Numbered from the stretch's first letter, positions 1 through 10,854 are shown. The stretch is DNA of 64,000 nucleotides from an uncultured Pseudomonadota bacterium (GCA_963832525.1 CAWHUC010000002.1:5563-69562), one strand, 5' to 3'. Numbers and translations are program-made. Notes: generated by a model not told the origin, from the letters alone.

Positions 1-146
1 CCCTGTTCGATACCGCGGCCGGCCCGGGCGGAGCCGGGACCAGCGTCAGGCATCCTGGACCGGTACCGCACCCCGTTCGGTAGGGCAGCGCGTACCAGCG
101 CGGTGCCGCTAGCACACCATCTGGAGTTGGCCCGAATGACGAAAGC

Positions 147-815
147 TCAATATCCGGGGAGCTCGTTGACCGATACCACCCGCCAGCCGTCCGGATGGCG
201 CTCCATCCGGGTGAGCGAGAGGTTCTGCACGGCCAGATGCAAGGCGTTGTCCGGACCGATGCCGAGCGCATGCGCCACGGCCGCGCGGATCGTGCCGCCG
301 TGGCTCACCGCCACCACCTCCTCCCCCGGATAGCGGACCGCCAGCGCTTCCAGCGCCGCTCCGGCGCGGGTGATGACCTGCATCATGCTCTCGCCGCCCG
401 GCGGGCGCTCATGGCCGCCCAACGGCCAGAACGCATGCGGCTTCAGGCTGAGCCGGGCGGGCAGCTCGGCGTGCGGCAGGCCCTGCCATTCGCCCAGGTG
501 CTGTTCGATCAGATCGGGCTCCTCAATCAACTCCTGACGGGGATACCCGGCGGCAAAGATCGCTTCCGCGGTGCGCCGGGTGCGCGACAGCGGCGTCACC
601 ACCCAATGCGCCGGACGCGGCAGGCGGCTCGCCAGGGCAGCGTACATCGGCGCCTGTTCGAGCAGGCTGGTGGGGCAGAGTTCCACGTCCAACGTGCCGT
701 AGAGGACCGCGCGTGCATTCTCGTTCACGATCGCGTGTCGGATCAGCCAGAAGCTGGTGGGCAGGGCCATGCGCTCGGGGTCCTTGAGGCGGGAGAACAT
801 CATATAGCGCGGCAA
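147..815 (-). CDS. histidine phosphatase family protein (PGM/CobC-like)
   Basis: 222-aa ORF with N-terminal FWLIRHA catalytic-His motif and C-terminal VSHGGTIRAAVAHALG motif of the histidine phosphatase superfamily; ATG at 770 is the more likely start. Confidence 0.7.
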   Translation of the reverse strand: MPRYMMFSRLKDPERMALPTSFWLIRHAIVNENARAVLYGTLDVELCPTSLLEQAPMYAALASRLPRPAHWVVTPLSRTRRTAEAIFAAGYPRQELIEEPDLIEQHLGEWQGLPHAELPARLSLKPHAFWPLGGHERPPGGESMMQVITRAGAALEALAVRYPGEEVVAVSHGGTIRAAVAHALGIGPDNALHLAVQNLSLTRMERHPDGWRVVSVNELPGY

Positions 816-886
816 GCGCCGTCATGGTGCCAGCCCGGGGCGGCATCCCATGCGCGCGGCACTGGGCAGCCTTTGCACGGGCCGGA

Positions 887-1996
887 TCAGGCCGCGGCCT
901 CGGCCGCGCCGATCGCGCGCCACCAGGGCCAGGTGATCGCCAGGGCGGCCAGCGCCTCGATCCCGGTCGCTACCGTCGCCCCGCGTGCGCCGATCGTATC
1001 GGCCGTCAGACCGATCAGCACGAAGCCGACCGGCCCCAGGCCGATGCATACCGACAGCACGCCGAGCATGCGGCTACGCATCTCCACCGGGGCGAACAGA
1101 TAGACGAGCGTCGCCTGCATCACGCTGAACCCGGCGCCACCGAAGCCGGCGGCGATCAGCGCGCCCCCGGCAAGCCGCGGATCCGGCACCAGCGCAAACA
1201 GCGTCAGCAACACGCTATATGAGATCACGCCGCCCATGTACGCGGCCGCGAAGTAGCGGCGCCGCACCAGGGCCGCGAGCAGCAGAGCGCCGACGAACGC
1301 CCCCACCCCGTCCATGCTCGCCAGCACCCCGGTGGCGGCGGAGCCGAGGCCCAGGTTGGTCTCTGCGATCACCGGCACCATGCTCGTGAAGGGCCAGGCG
1401 AAGATGTTGTAGATCACGGTCACCAGCAGCACACCCACCAGACGCGGGTCGCGCCGGGCGAAGGCCAGGCCTTCGACGATCCCGGCCAACACCGACCGGC
1501 CGGCCACCGCCGCATGGACGTTGCGGCTCCGCACTGCAAGCGTGACGGCGAACGCGGTCGCATACAGAGCCACGCTCAGGGTAAACACGGCGCCGATGCC
1601 CCCGGCGGCGAGCAGAGCCCCGCCGATCGCCGGCCCCAGCATGCGGCTGCCGGTGGTGGCCGCGACATCGAGCGACATGGCCCGGCCCATCTGCTCGGTA
1701 CCCACCGCTTCGCCCATCATGACCCGCCGGACCGGATTATCGGCCGCCCAGCCGATGCCGTTGACGAAGCTCGCCGCCGCGATCTCCCACACCGTGAGCC
1801 GCCCGGCGACGGCGAGCAGGGCGATCATCGCCGAGCTCGCGCCCATCACGGCGATCGTCAGCAGCAAAGCGGCGCGACGTTCGAACCGTTCCGCCCAGGC
1901 GCCGAGGAAGGCGCCGAACAATCCCATCGGCAGTAGCCGCAGCATGGTCATCATGGCGACCAGGAACGGCGAATGGGTGCGCTGGAACACGAACAC
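887..1996 (-). CDS. MFS transporter (N-terminus probably extends to 2152)
   Basis: 369-aa very hydrophobic multi-helix ORF. The same frame stays open upstream and encodes an MFS-like first helix (FAGADFWRLLYVGLGTFTVRWGETLAAAVF), but the only initiator-like codon there is ATA at 2150-2152. Confidence 0.7.
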   Translation of the reverse strand: MFVFQRTHSPFLVAMMTMLRLLPMGLFGAFLGAWAERFERRAALLLTIAVMGASSAMIALLAVAGRLTVWEIAAASFVNGIGWAADNPVRRVMMGEAVGTEQMGRAMSLDVAATTGSRMLGPAIGGALLAAGGIGAVFTLSVALYATAFAVTLAVRSRNVHAAVAGRSVLAGIVEGLAFARRDPRLVGVLLVTVIYNIFAWPFTSMVPVIAETNLGLGSAATGVLASMDGVGAFVGALLLAALVRRRYFAAAYMGGVISYSVLLTLFALVPDPRLAGGALIAAGFGGAGFSVMQATLVYLFAPVEMRSRMLGVLSVCIGLGPVGFVLIGLTADTIGARGATVATGIEALAALAITWPWWRAIGAAEAAA

Positions 1997-2307
1997 GGCC
2001 GCCGCCAGGGTTTCCCCCCAGCGGACGGTGAAGGTGCCGAGCCCGACATAAAGCAGGCGCCAGAAATCGGCGCCGGCGAACAGCCGGCCCGCGGCAACAG
2101 CCGGGGCGCGGCGGCGATGGGTGGCTGACAGGACGGTCCTCGGAGTTTTTATGGGTCTCGGCCGGCGATCCTGCCGGGGAACGGAGAGGGGGACAACGGA
2201 CGTCCGACGGACCAGCCGTCACGCGAGGCACCGCACACCGTGGGGCGGCGCCGACAGCCATCCCTGCCGCCGCGCGATCGTTTCGGGACCGGCGTATCCG
2301 GCAGACG

Positions 2308-3440
2308 CTATCGCGCCTGGGCGCTCGCCTCCGAGCGCGTGGCGCCGACCCGTGCAGCCAGCGCCGCTGCCATGAACGCGTCCAGATCGCCGTCCAGCAC
2401 GGCAGCCGGATTGCCCTTCTCCACCCCGGTGCGCAGGTCCTTCACCATCTGGTACGGCGCCAGCACATAGCTGCGTATCTGGTGGCCCCAGCCGATGTCG
2501 GTCTTGGCGGCTTCCACGGCCGAGGCCGCGACTTCCCGCTTCTGCAATTCCTGTTCGTACAGCCGCGCCTTCAACATCTCCATCGCGATCGCGCGATTAC
2601 GGTGCTGGCTGCGGTCGGTCTGGCAGGCAACGACGATGCCGCTCGGCAGGTGGGTGATGCGGATCGCGCTTTCGGTCTTGTTTACGTGCTGGCCGCCGGC
2701 GCCCGAGGACCGATACGTATCGACCTTCAGGTCGGCGTCGCGGATCTCGATGTCGATCGTGTCATCGACCACCGGATACACCCACACGCTGGCGAAGCTC
2801 GTCTGCCGGCGGGCGGCGGCGTCGAACGGGCTGATGCGGACCAGGCGGTGCACGCCGGCCTCGGTCTTGAGCCAGCCGTAGGCGTCCGGGCCGCTGATTT
2901 GCAGGGTGGCGGATTTGATCCCCGCCTGCTCACCCTCGCTTGCTTCTAGCAATTGGACTTTGTAGCCGTGCGCCTCGGCCCAGCGGGTGTACATGCGCAT
3001 GAGCATCTCGGCCCAGTCCTGGGCCTCGGTGCCGCCGGCGCCGGCATTGATTTCGATATAGCAGTCGTTGGCGTCGGCTTCGCCCGACAGCAGGCTTTCG
3101 ATCTCGCGCCGCTTCGCCTCATCGGCCAGCGCGCGCAGGCTCGCGAGCCCCTCGGCCGCCATCGCCGCATCGCCGTCGGCTTCGGCGAGCGCCATCAGCT
3201 CCATCGTGTCGGCGACGTCGGCTTCCAGCTTCCGCACGCCGTCCATCCGGCCGGCGAGCTGGTTGCGCTCGCGCATCACCTTCTGCGCGCGCGCCGAGTC
3301 GTTCCAGAGCGCCGGGATCCTCGGCGCTGGCGTTCAGCTCCGCGAGCCTGGCTTCCGCGACATCCCAGTCAAAGATGCCTCCTCAGCAGCGCGACGGACT
3401 GCTTGATCTGTTCGTTCAGGGCGTCGGATTCAGCGGACAT
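2308..3440 (-). CDS. prfB: peptide chain release factor 2, programmed +1 frameshift
   Basis: 23 N-terminal codons ([23 protein letters not shown]) end at TGA 3369-3371. The +1 frame continues into the 323-aa ORF, which carries the RF2 SPF motif (RISPFDAA) and the GGQ motif ([19 protein letters not shown]). Confidence 0.95.
3368..3383 (-). promoter_or_regulatory. RF2 autoregulatory +1 frameshift site (AGGAGG CAT CTT TGA C)
   Basis: Minus strand reads AGGAGGCATCTTTGAC: an internal SD-like element 3 nt upstream of slippery CUU followed by UGA C, the same architecture as the E. coli prfB site. Confidence 0.9.
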
Positions 3441-3504
3441 GGGGGCGCTCGGCGAGGTTCGGATGCGGAACCGGCTGCGAGAAGGGGACGGCGGAAGCGG
3501 CGGG

Positions 3505-6131
3505 TCAATACAGCCCGCCGAGGGAACTGTCCACGCCGGCCGGGCTCGGTTGGGCGGCGGTGCCGGTACCGGGGCCGGGCGCACCGGAAGGTACCGCGGC
3601 CACCGCCGTCCCCGCCGCCGGCGGCATGGTGGAGGCCCCGGGCGCCTGGCCCGGCTTGAATGCGTCGGTCACCATGCCGGAGCCGCTATCCCAGGACGCC
3701 ATCGTGACCCCTTGCGGCTGCGGGAAGGGCAGAGCCGGCCGGCCCTTCAGCGCCGCCGCCATGAACTGGTGCCAGATCGGGCCTGCCACCACGGCGCCCG
3801 CCTGCCCGTGGCCGAGAGTCGAGGGCGTATCGTACCCCACCCACACGACGGTGACGAGTTGCGGGCTGAAGCCGGCGAACCAGCCGTCCTGGAAATTCTC
3901 CGACGTTCCGGTCTTGCCGGCCAGCGGACGGTCGAGACCCTTGCTGACCGGCGCCCCGGTACGCGAGTCATGACCCCTTCCATCATGGTGAGGAGCTGGA
4001 ACACGCTGTCCGGATCGGCGAGGCGCGTGCGGTCATCCACGATCTGCGGCGGGGTCGCGAGCGAGTCGCACGCGCAGGCGAGCCCCGACGGCCGCCAGAC
4101 CACATGACCCTCGGGATCCTGCACGCTGTCGACCAGGCTCGGCACCACCCGCCTGCCGCCGTCGGCGATGCTGGCGTAGGCCCCGGCCTCGCGCAGGACC
4201 GTCGTGTCCACCGCGCCCAGCGCCGCCGGCAGCACCTGGGGCATCTGCTTCACCATGCCGAACGATTCCGCGGTCCGGGCCACCGCCGCCATGCCGACCC
4301 GTCGCGCGACCCGCACGGTGACCAGATTCAGCGACTGCTCCAGCGCGACGCGCAGCGACGTCGGACCGCCGAAATTGTCCTCGTAGTTGTGCGGCCGCCA
4401 CATTCCCTCCGCACCGAGGTCCACCACGATCGGTGCATCGAGGAACCGCGAACTTGGCGAGTACCCCTGCTCCAGCGCGGTCAGGTAGACCATCGGCTTG
4501 AAGCTGCTGCCGGGCTGACGCGCCGCCTGGGTAGCCCGGTTGAACTGACTCGCGCGGTAGCTCCACCCGCCGACCATGGCGAGCACCCGGCCCGACGTGG
4601 GGTCGAGGCTGACCAGCGCACCCTGTACTTTGGGAACCTGGCGCAGCAGCGCCGTCGACGCACCAGGCCCGGGCGGGTGCACCATGACGACGTCACCGGG
4701 CCGAACCATCTGCGCCAGGCCGGCGAAGGCAGGCTGCACGTATCCTGCCGGGTTCATCGGATGGCGCCAGACTTCGCCGCCCAGGCTCAACGTCCCCGTA
4801 TGCGGCAGCGGCTGCTGGCCGGAGGGCTGCTGGCCGGGGGACTGCTGATCTTCGGACTGCTGGCCGTCACCTGCGGGGTCGAGCCAGCCGACACGTGGCG
4901 CCTCGGGCGTCCCGCCCGGCAACACGATCGCCAACCGCCAGTCGGACAACATGCCGGCCGGCGGCGCCACCTTGCTCAGCGGACCGATCCAGTCCGCCTC
5001 GCCGGATACGGCCAGGCGGGCGACCGGGCCGCGCCAGCCGCCCATGCGGCGGTCGTAGGCCATGAGCCCGTCGCGCACCGCCCGGTTCGCCGCCGCCTGC
5101 AGCCGCGGGTCGAGGCTCGTCGTGACCGTGAGCCCCCCTTCCATCGTGAGGCTGGTCCCGAACCGGTCGAGCAGCGCGCGCTGCACGTCCGAGGCGAACC
5201 ATTCGGCGCCAGGGACAGGCGCCGGGCTCGGGCGCACCGCCGGCAGCAGCGGCGCGGCCTTGGCGGCCGTCGCCTCGGCGCGGGTGATGGAGCCGTCGTC
5301 GGCCATGCGGTCGATCACCCAGTCGCGCCGGATCAGCGCCGCCTTGGGGAAGTGCAGCGGATTGTAGTTGTGCGGCGCCTTCGGCAGCGCGGCCAGCGAG
5401 GCGTCCTCGGCGATCGTGAGCTGGTCGAGCGACTTGCCGAAATAGGTCTCGGCCGCCGCCGCCACCCCATAGGCGCCGTCCCCGAGGTAGATCTCGTTCA
5501 GGTAGATATCGAGGATGCGCTGCTTCGGCAGACTCTGGTCGATCCGGACCGCCAGGATCGCTTCCTCGATCTTGCGCACCAGGTTCATCCGGTGCTGCAG
5601 CAGCATGTTCTTGGTGAGCTGCATCGTGATGGTCGAGGCGCCGAGCGGGCGGTGGCCGCTGCCCAGATGCAGCAGGTCCCACACCCCCGCGCGCACGATC
5701 GCCACCGGGTCGACCCCCGGATGGATCCAAAAATTCTGGTCCTCCGCGGCGAGGAAGGCGTCTTGCAGCGGCTTCGGAATGGAGGAAAACGGCACCAGGA
5801 TGCGCCGCTGCGTCGCCAGCTCGTCCAGCAACTGGCCGTTGCCGGCGTAGACCCGCGTCATCAGCGGCGGCATGTAGCTGCGCAGCCCGGAGATGCTCGG
5901 CAGGTCGGCGGCGAAGCGCATCCAGGCGAGCCAGACCACCGCCCCGCCCGCCAGCACGAGCAAGGTGGCGGCCCCGAGCAGCCCGCCCATCAGCTTGCGC
6001 AGCCAGCCTGCGCGCCGCGGCGGCCGAGCGGGATGGTGCGGCCCGTTCCGGCGGCCGGTCGGGGCGGCGAGCGGGGTGCCCGCTGTAAAGGGACCAGTCA
6101 TGGCCGCGAGATATGGGGCCTTTGAGCGCAA
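3505..6131 (-). CDS. mrcA: penicillin-binding protein 1A (bifunctional transglycosylase/transpeptidase), reading frame broken near 3962
   Basis: The 794-aa ORF has glycosyltransferase motifs (AAEDQNFWIHPGVD, RKIEEAILA) and SxxK (GSSFKP). The KTG motif and C-terminus (RPLAGKTGTSENFQDGWFAGFSPQLVTVVWVGYDTP...) continue in another frame (ORF 3505-3846). One base appears to be missing at cgcGTACCgggg. Confidence 0.85.
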
Positions 6132-6221
6132 AGAACCAGCGCGCCAACGCGTCCGGCGCGGGTGCCCGAGCAGGGCGGGCGTGTGGGTCCCTGTCGGGGA
6201 CCTGCCGAAACCACCCGGACC

Positions 6222-7118
6222 TCAGCCGGCCATCTGGTACGTGCCGGCGACGAAATAGGCATCGACCGCCCGCCGCATCGCCGTCGCCACCGCCAGCCGA
6301 TGCGCCGGACGACGCAGCGCGGCCTCATCGAGCGGGCTCGACATGAAGCCCATCTCCACCAGGATGCTCGGGATCTTCGCCGATTGGAGCACAACGAACC
6401 CGGCATGGCGCTCCGGGTTCGCGAGCATGGGCGTGACGTCGGCCAAGGAGCCCACCATCCGCTCGGCCAGCGCGCCGGACAGGGTGCGCGTCTCCCGCCG
6501 CATCAGGCTGGCGAGAATGCGCGCGACCTGCGGCGACAGGCCGCGATAGGCTTGGTTCACATAGCCGTCAGAGGCGTTTTCGCTCGCCGCGATCACCGCG
6601 GATTGCGGGTCGGACGCGTGGGAAGCGAAGGTGTAGACGCTGGCTCCGCGCACTGCCGCGTCGTCGTGCAGCGCATCGGCGTGCATCGATACGAACAGGG
6701 ACGCGCCGGCGCGTTGTGCCAGCTCCACGCGCTGCTCGAGCGGGATGAACACGTCCCGCGCGCGGGTCATCGCCACCCGGTAGCGCCGGTCGGCCTCCAG
6801 CTGGCGGCGCAGGTCGAAGGCGGCGTCGAGTGCGATGTGCTTTTCATAGGTGCCAGATACGCCGATCGCCCCGGGGTCGCGGCCGCCGTGCCCGGGATCG
6901 ATCATGACCAGCGGCGGCAGGCCACCGGACAGCGGGGGTTGCCAGGGCGGCGGCTGCCAGAGCGGCCGCCGCCATGCCGGCCGATGCGATACCGAGCGGC
7001 GCCACGCCGCCTCCGCCACCCCGAAGCCGCCGGGCAACAGGAAAGTGCCGAATACCCCGAGCCCGGTGCCGATCCGGGTCAGCAGCAAGCGACGCGCGAG
7101 GAAGGAACGCGAGGACAT
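6222..7118 (-). CDS. N-acetylmuramoyl-L-alanine amidase (Amidase_3, AmiC-like) with Tat-like signal
   Basis: VMIDPGHGGRDPGAIG...LFVSMHADAL...PSILVEMGFMSSP motifs of zinc amidase_3; N-terminal MSSRSFLARRLLL signal; ATG at 7116-7118. Confidence 0.8.
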   Translation of the reverse strand: MSSRSFLARRLLLTRIGTGLGVFGTFLLPGGFGVAEAAWRRSVSHRPAWRRPLWQPPPWQPPLSGGLPPLVMIDPGHGGRDPGAIGVSGTYEKHIALDAAFDLRRQLEADRRYRVAMTRARDVFIPLEQRVELAQRAGASLFVSMHADALHDDAAVRGASVYTFASHASDPQSAVIAASENASDGYVNQAYRGLSPQVARILASLMRRETRTLSGALAERMVGSLADVTPMLANPERHAGFVVLQSAKIPSILVEMGFMSSPLDEAALRRPAHRLAVATAMRRAVDAYFVAGTYQMAG

Positions 7119-7156
7119 GGTCACGGACGTTAATACCAAACATCCAGACTTGCACC

Positions 7157-8140
7157 TTAAATATTGATAACGCCCGGTTCTGGATCGTTAACCATTCCGC
7201 CGCCCGGGGGGCCGGCGAGGGTTCCGATCCGCGGCAGGACTTGATCGATCAACCGGCGCGTCTGCGCCAGCATCTCCGTCTCTCCGGCGGCCACCGGACG
7301 CAGGACAAACTTGCTGACCCCGGCTGCGACGTAGGCGGCCATGCGGACGAGGATCGCCGCCGCATCGCCGACGGCGAAGATGCCGGCCGGGTCGCGGCCG
7401 GTGCGCGCGCGGTAGGCCGCGGCGGCCGCGGCCACGGCAGGGTCGTCAGGCGTGCCGAAGCGGAACGGGATGCCGGCGCCGTAGTGGTCCGGCTCGATCG
7501 TGCGGCCGGTTGCCGCGAGCGCGTCCCGGATCCCGGCGATCACCGCCCCCGCCTGCTCCGGGGTCTCCGGCCCCGCCTGCCAGCCGGTGCCGAAGCGGGC
7601 GGTGCGGCGGATCGCGGCCGGGGAGCCGCCGCCGATCCACATCGGCAGCTCCGCCTGCGCCGGACGGGGGACGATCTGCGCCCCGGTCAGGCGGAAGTGC
7701 CGGCCGGGGAAATCCACCTTCTCGCCGGTCCACAACAGGCGGATCACCTGCAGGGCCTCGTCGGTGCGGCTCCCGCGGGTCGCCTGGTCGATCTGCAGCG
7801 CCGCCCACTCCGGGGCCTGCGGACTGCCGATGCCGAAGGCGGGCAGCAGGCGCCCGGCGGACAGGACGTCGATCGTGGCGCATTGCTTGGCCGCCAGCAC
7901 CGGGTCGCGCAGCGCCAGCGACAGCACGTTCACGCCGAATTTCAGCCGCCGGGTACGCCCTGCGACGGCGGCGAGCGTGGTCAGGCTTTCCAGGATCGGG
8001 GTCGCGCCGAGCAGCCGGTCGGTCTGCCAGAACGAGTCGATCCCGCCCTGTTCCAGCAGGTCGATCCAGCGCCAGAACCCTGTCGCCGTCTCGAACGGGA
8101 ATTCCGCGAGCCCGACGCCGAGGGCGATCTTGCGTGCCAT
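7157..8140 (-). CDS. LLM-class (luciferase-like) flavin/F420-dependent oxidoreductase
   Basis: MARKIALGVGL...ATIDVLSAGRLLPAFGIGS...MWIGGGSPAAIRRTARFGTGW, typical of luciferase-like monooxygenases; GGAGA RBS upstream of ATG 8138-8140 inside the longer listed ORF. Confidence 0.7.
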   Translation of the reverse strand: MARKIALGVGLAEFPFETATGFWRWIDLLEQGGIDSFWQTDRLLGATPILESLTTLAAVAGRTRRLKFGVNVLSLALRDPVLAAKQCATIDVLSAGRLLPAFGIGSPQAPEWAALQIDQATRGSRTDEALQVIRLLWTGEKVDFPGRHFRLTGAQIVPRPAQAELPMWIGGGSPAAIRRTARFGTGWQAGPETPEQAGAVIAGIRDALAATGRTIEPDHYGAGIPFRFGTPDDPAVAAAAAAYRARTGRDPAGIFAVGDAAAILVRMAAYVAAGVSKFVLRPVAAGETEMLAQTRRLIDQVLPRIGTLAGPPGGGMVNDPEPGVINI

Positions 8141-8238
8141 CCCGCCTGTCTCCTTCTGCCTGGGTCCTTCCGGCAGCCGCGACGGCGAGCGTATCCGGGA
8201 CGCGGCGTGCGCGCGAGCGGCGCCGACGTGCCGGGGGA

Positions 8239-8898
8239 TCAGGCCGGCGGCAGCCGATCCAGCACGGCTTCGATCTGGCGTGTGACCTCGTCGATCTCGG
8301 CCATGCCGTCGACGCTGAAGAAACGGCCCTGGCTCTGGTAATGCGGCAGGATGGGCGCGGTCTGGCGATGGTAGGCGTCCAGCCGGGCGGTGACCGTCTC
8401 GCGGTTGTCGTCGGCGCGCCGGACGAACTGCTGCCCGCCGCAGGCGTCGCACATGCCCGGCACGCGGGTCGGGCGGAAGCGGTCGTGATAGCCGGCACCG
8501 CAGGCCGCGCAGGTGAAGCGGCCGGCGATCCGCTCGACCAGCGCCGCGTCGTCGACCTTGAGCTCGATCACCGCGTCGAGCCGCAGATGCTTGGCCGCCA
8601 GCAGGCGATCGAGCGCCTCGGCCTGCGGCACCGTGCGGGGAAACCCGTCCAGGATGAACCCGCGCGCGCAATCGGCGCGATCGAGGCGCGCGCCCAGCAT
8701 CCGGATGATGATGTCGTCGGAGACGAGCCCGCCGGATTCCATCACCGCCTTGGCTTCCCGCCCCGTAGGGCTGCCGGCGGCGACTTCGGCACGCAGCATG
8801 TCCCCGGTGCTGATCTGCGCGATGCCGTAGCGTTCGGTCAGGCGCTTGGCCTGGGTGCCCTTGCCGGCCCCCGGCGGCCCGAGAAGGATCAGGTTCAT
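8239..8898 (-). CDS. adk: adenylate kinase
   Basis: [21 protein letters not shown]-loop, LID with CxxC...CxxC ([10 protein letters not shown]...MCDACGG); ATG 8896-8898 overlaps the inferred secY stop (ATGA). Confidence 0.95.
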   Translation of the reverse strand: MNLILLGPPGAGKGTQAKRLTERYGIAQISTGDMLRAEVAAGSPTGREAKAVMESGGLVSDDIIIRMLGARLDRADCARGFILDGFPRTVPQAEALDRLLAAKHLRLDAVIELKVDDAALVERIAGRFTCAACGAGYHDRFRPTRVPGMCDACGGQQFVRRADDNRETVTARLDAYHRQTAPILPHYQSQGRFFSVDGMAEIDEVTRQIEAVLDRLPPA

Positions 8899-10233
8899 CG
8901 TCGGCCCTTCGCCCGGCTTTTGCGGATCAGCCCCTCGGTACTGGTGCGCGATCAGGTGCGACTGGATCTGCGTGACCGTGTCCATCATCACCGACACCAC
9001 GATCAGGATCGAGGTGCCGCCGAAGTAGAACGGCAACCCGTAGTCGGTGATCAGGATCTGCGGCAGCAGGCAGACGGCGACCAGATAGAGCCCGCCTAGC
9101 ACCGTAAGCCGGCTGAGCACGAAGTCGAAATAGTCCGCGGTCGCGGTGCCGGGGCGGATACCGGGGACGAAGCCGCCGTATTTCTTCAGGTTGTCCGCCG
9201 TCTCCTGCGGATTGAACACCACCGCGGTATAGAAGAACGAGAAGAACAGGATCATCGCCGCGTAGATGATCATGTAGACCACCGACCCCGGCGCCAGGGT
9301 CGCGCTGATCGTCTGCAGCCAGCCCGCGCCGCCGCCGGAGAACCCGGCGATCGTCGCCGGGATCAGCAGGATCGAGCTCGCGAAGATCGGCGGGATCACG
9401 CCGGCGGTGTTGATCTTGAGCGGCATGTGCGTCGAATCGCCGCCGAACATCCGGTTGCCGACCTGGCGTTTCGGATATTGCACCGGCACCCGCCGGTAGG
9501 CCCGCTCCATGAAGACGATGAAGCCGATCACCGCCACCGCCAGGATGAAGAACCCGATGATGAACACGGTCGACAGCGCGCCGGTGTGGCCCAGTTCCAG
9601 CAGCGAGGCGAGCGCGCTCGGCAGGTTGGCCACGATCCCGGACATGATGATGAGGCTGATCCCGTTGCCGACCCCGCGCGCCGTGATCTGCTCGCCGAGC
9701 CACATCAGGAACATCGTGCCGCCGGTCATGGTGACCACCGCGGTGAACAGGAAGCCGAAGCCCGGATGCACCACCGCCTGGCCCGCCCCGGCATGCATCG
9801 ATTCCAGCCCGAGCGAAATCCCGTAGGACTGCACCAGCGCGATCACCACCGTGAGGTAGCGGGTATACTGGTTGAGCCGGATGCGCCCCGGCTCACCTTC
9901 CTTCTTCAGCGCCTCGAGCGAGGGGATCGCCGCCGTCATCAACTGAATGATGATGCTGGCGCTGATGTAAGGCATGATTGTCAGCGCGAAGACGGTCATC
10001 CGCCCCAGCGCGCCGCCCGAGAACATGTCGAACATGCCGAGGATGCCGCCGCCGTTCTGGCGCATCATCTCCGCCATGACGGACGCATCGACGCCGGGGA
10101 TGGGGATATACGTCCCCAGCCGATAGACGATCAGCGCCCCCAGGGTGAACCAGATGCGCTGCTTGAGCTCGGTGGCCTTCGACAGCACGCCGAGGTTGAG
10201 GTTCGCCGCAAGCTGTTCGGCCGCAGAGGCCAT
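8895..10233 (-). CDS. secY: preprotein translocase subunit SecY (last ~15 codons out of frame because of an extra base near 8937)
   Basis: The listed 664-aa ORF is SecY running into Adk. Removing one C from CAGTAC[C]GAG restores ...[19 protein letters not shown], ending at 8895-8897. Confidence 0.95.
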
Positions 10234-10361
10234 GGGGATCGATCCCTGATGCAGGGCGCCGGCGGCAGGACGATCGCCCCCGCCGTCACCGGCGCGGTTC
10301 TACGGCGCGGTCCCCCGCCCGGCAAGGCGCCCGGCGGGGTGGGGGGTTTGCCCGGGGTGGT

Positions 10362-10853
10362 TCAGCCGGGCGCGGCGGCTGTTTCCTTCGGTGCCACCGT
10401 GGTGGTGACCGTCCCGCCCGCCCCCTGCACCGCCGCCACCGCGGCGGCCGAAGCACCGGCGACGGTGATGTTCACCGCCCGCGTGATCGCGCCCGTGGCC
10501 AGCAACCGCACGCCGGCGATCTTGGCGCCACGCACGAGCCCGGCGGCGCGCAGGCTCGCTTCGGTGATCGGCTGGGCGGCGTCGATCCGCCCGGCCTCGA
10601 TCGCCTTCTCCAGCGCGCCGAGGTTGACCGGGGCGTAGACCTTGCGGAACAGGTTGTGGAAGCCGCGCTTCGGCAGGCGCCGATAGAGCGGCATCTGCCC
10701 GCCCTCGAAGCCGTTGATGGCAACGCCGGTCCGCGCTTTCTGGCCCTTCACGCCCTTGCCGGAGGTCTTGCCCTTGCCGGACCCGATCCCGCGCCCGAGC
10801 CGCTTCGACTTCAGACGCGCGCCCGGACGGTCGCGCAGCTCGTTGAGGTTCAT
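10362..10853 (-). CDS. rplO: 50S ribosomal protein L15
   Basis: [41 protein letters not shown]; spc-operon position before secY. Confidence 0.95.
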   Translation of the reverse strand: MNLNELRDRPGARLKSKRLGRGIGSGKGKTSGKGVKGQKARTGVAINGFEGGQMPLYRRLPKRGFHNLFRKVYAPVNLGALEKAIEAGRIDAAQPITEASLRAAGLVRGAKIAGVRLLATGAITRAVNITVAGASAAAVAAVQGAGGTVTTTVAPKETAAAPG

Positions 10854-10854
10854 G

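Noticed and set aside
1-146. Partial gene at the left window edge
   Set aside because: No frame gives recognisable protein sequence over these 146 nt, so it is left unannotated.
4104-6125. 673-aa ORF on the + strand
   Set aside because: It is antisense to the clearly conserved PBP1A gene. The translation is Arg/Gly/Pro/His-rich with no motifs. This is a typical shadow ORF of a ~70% GC genome.
8239-10233. Natural bifunctional SecY-Adk fusion protein
   Set aside because: Removing a single base restores the conserved SecY C-terminus and an ATGA stop/start overlap. The same CAGTAC[C]GAG insertion breaks another gene, so an error is the simpler explanation.
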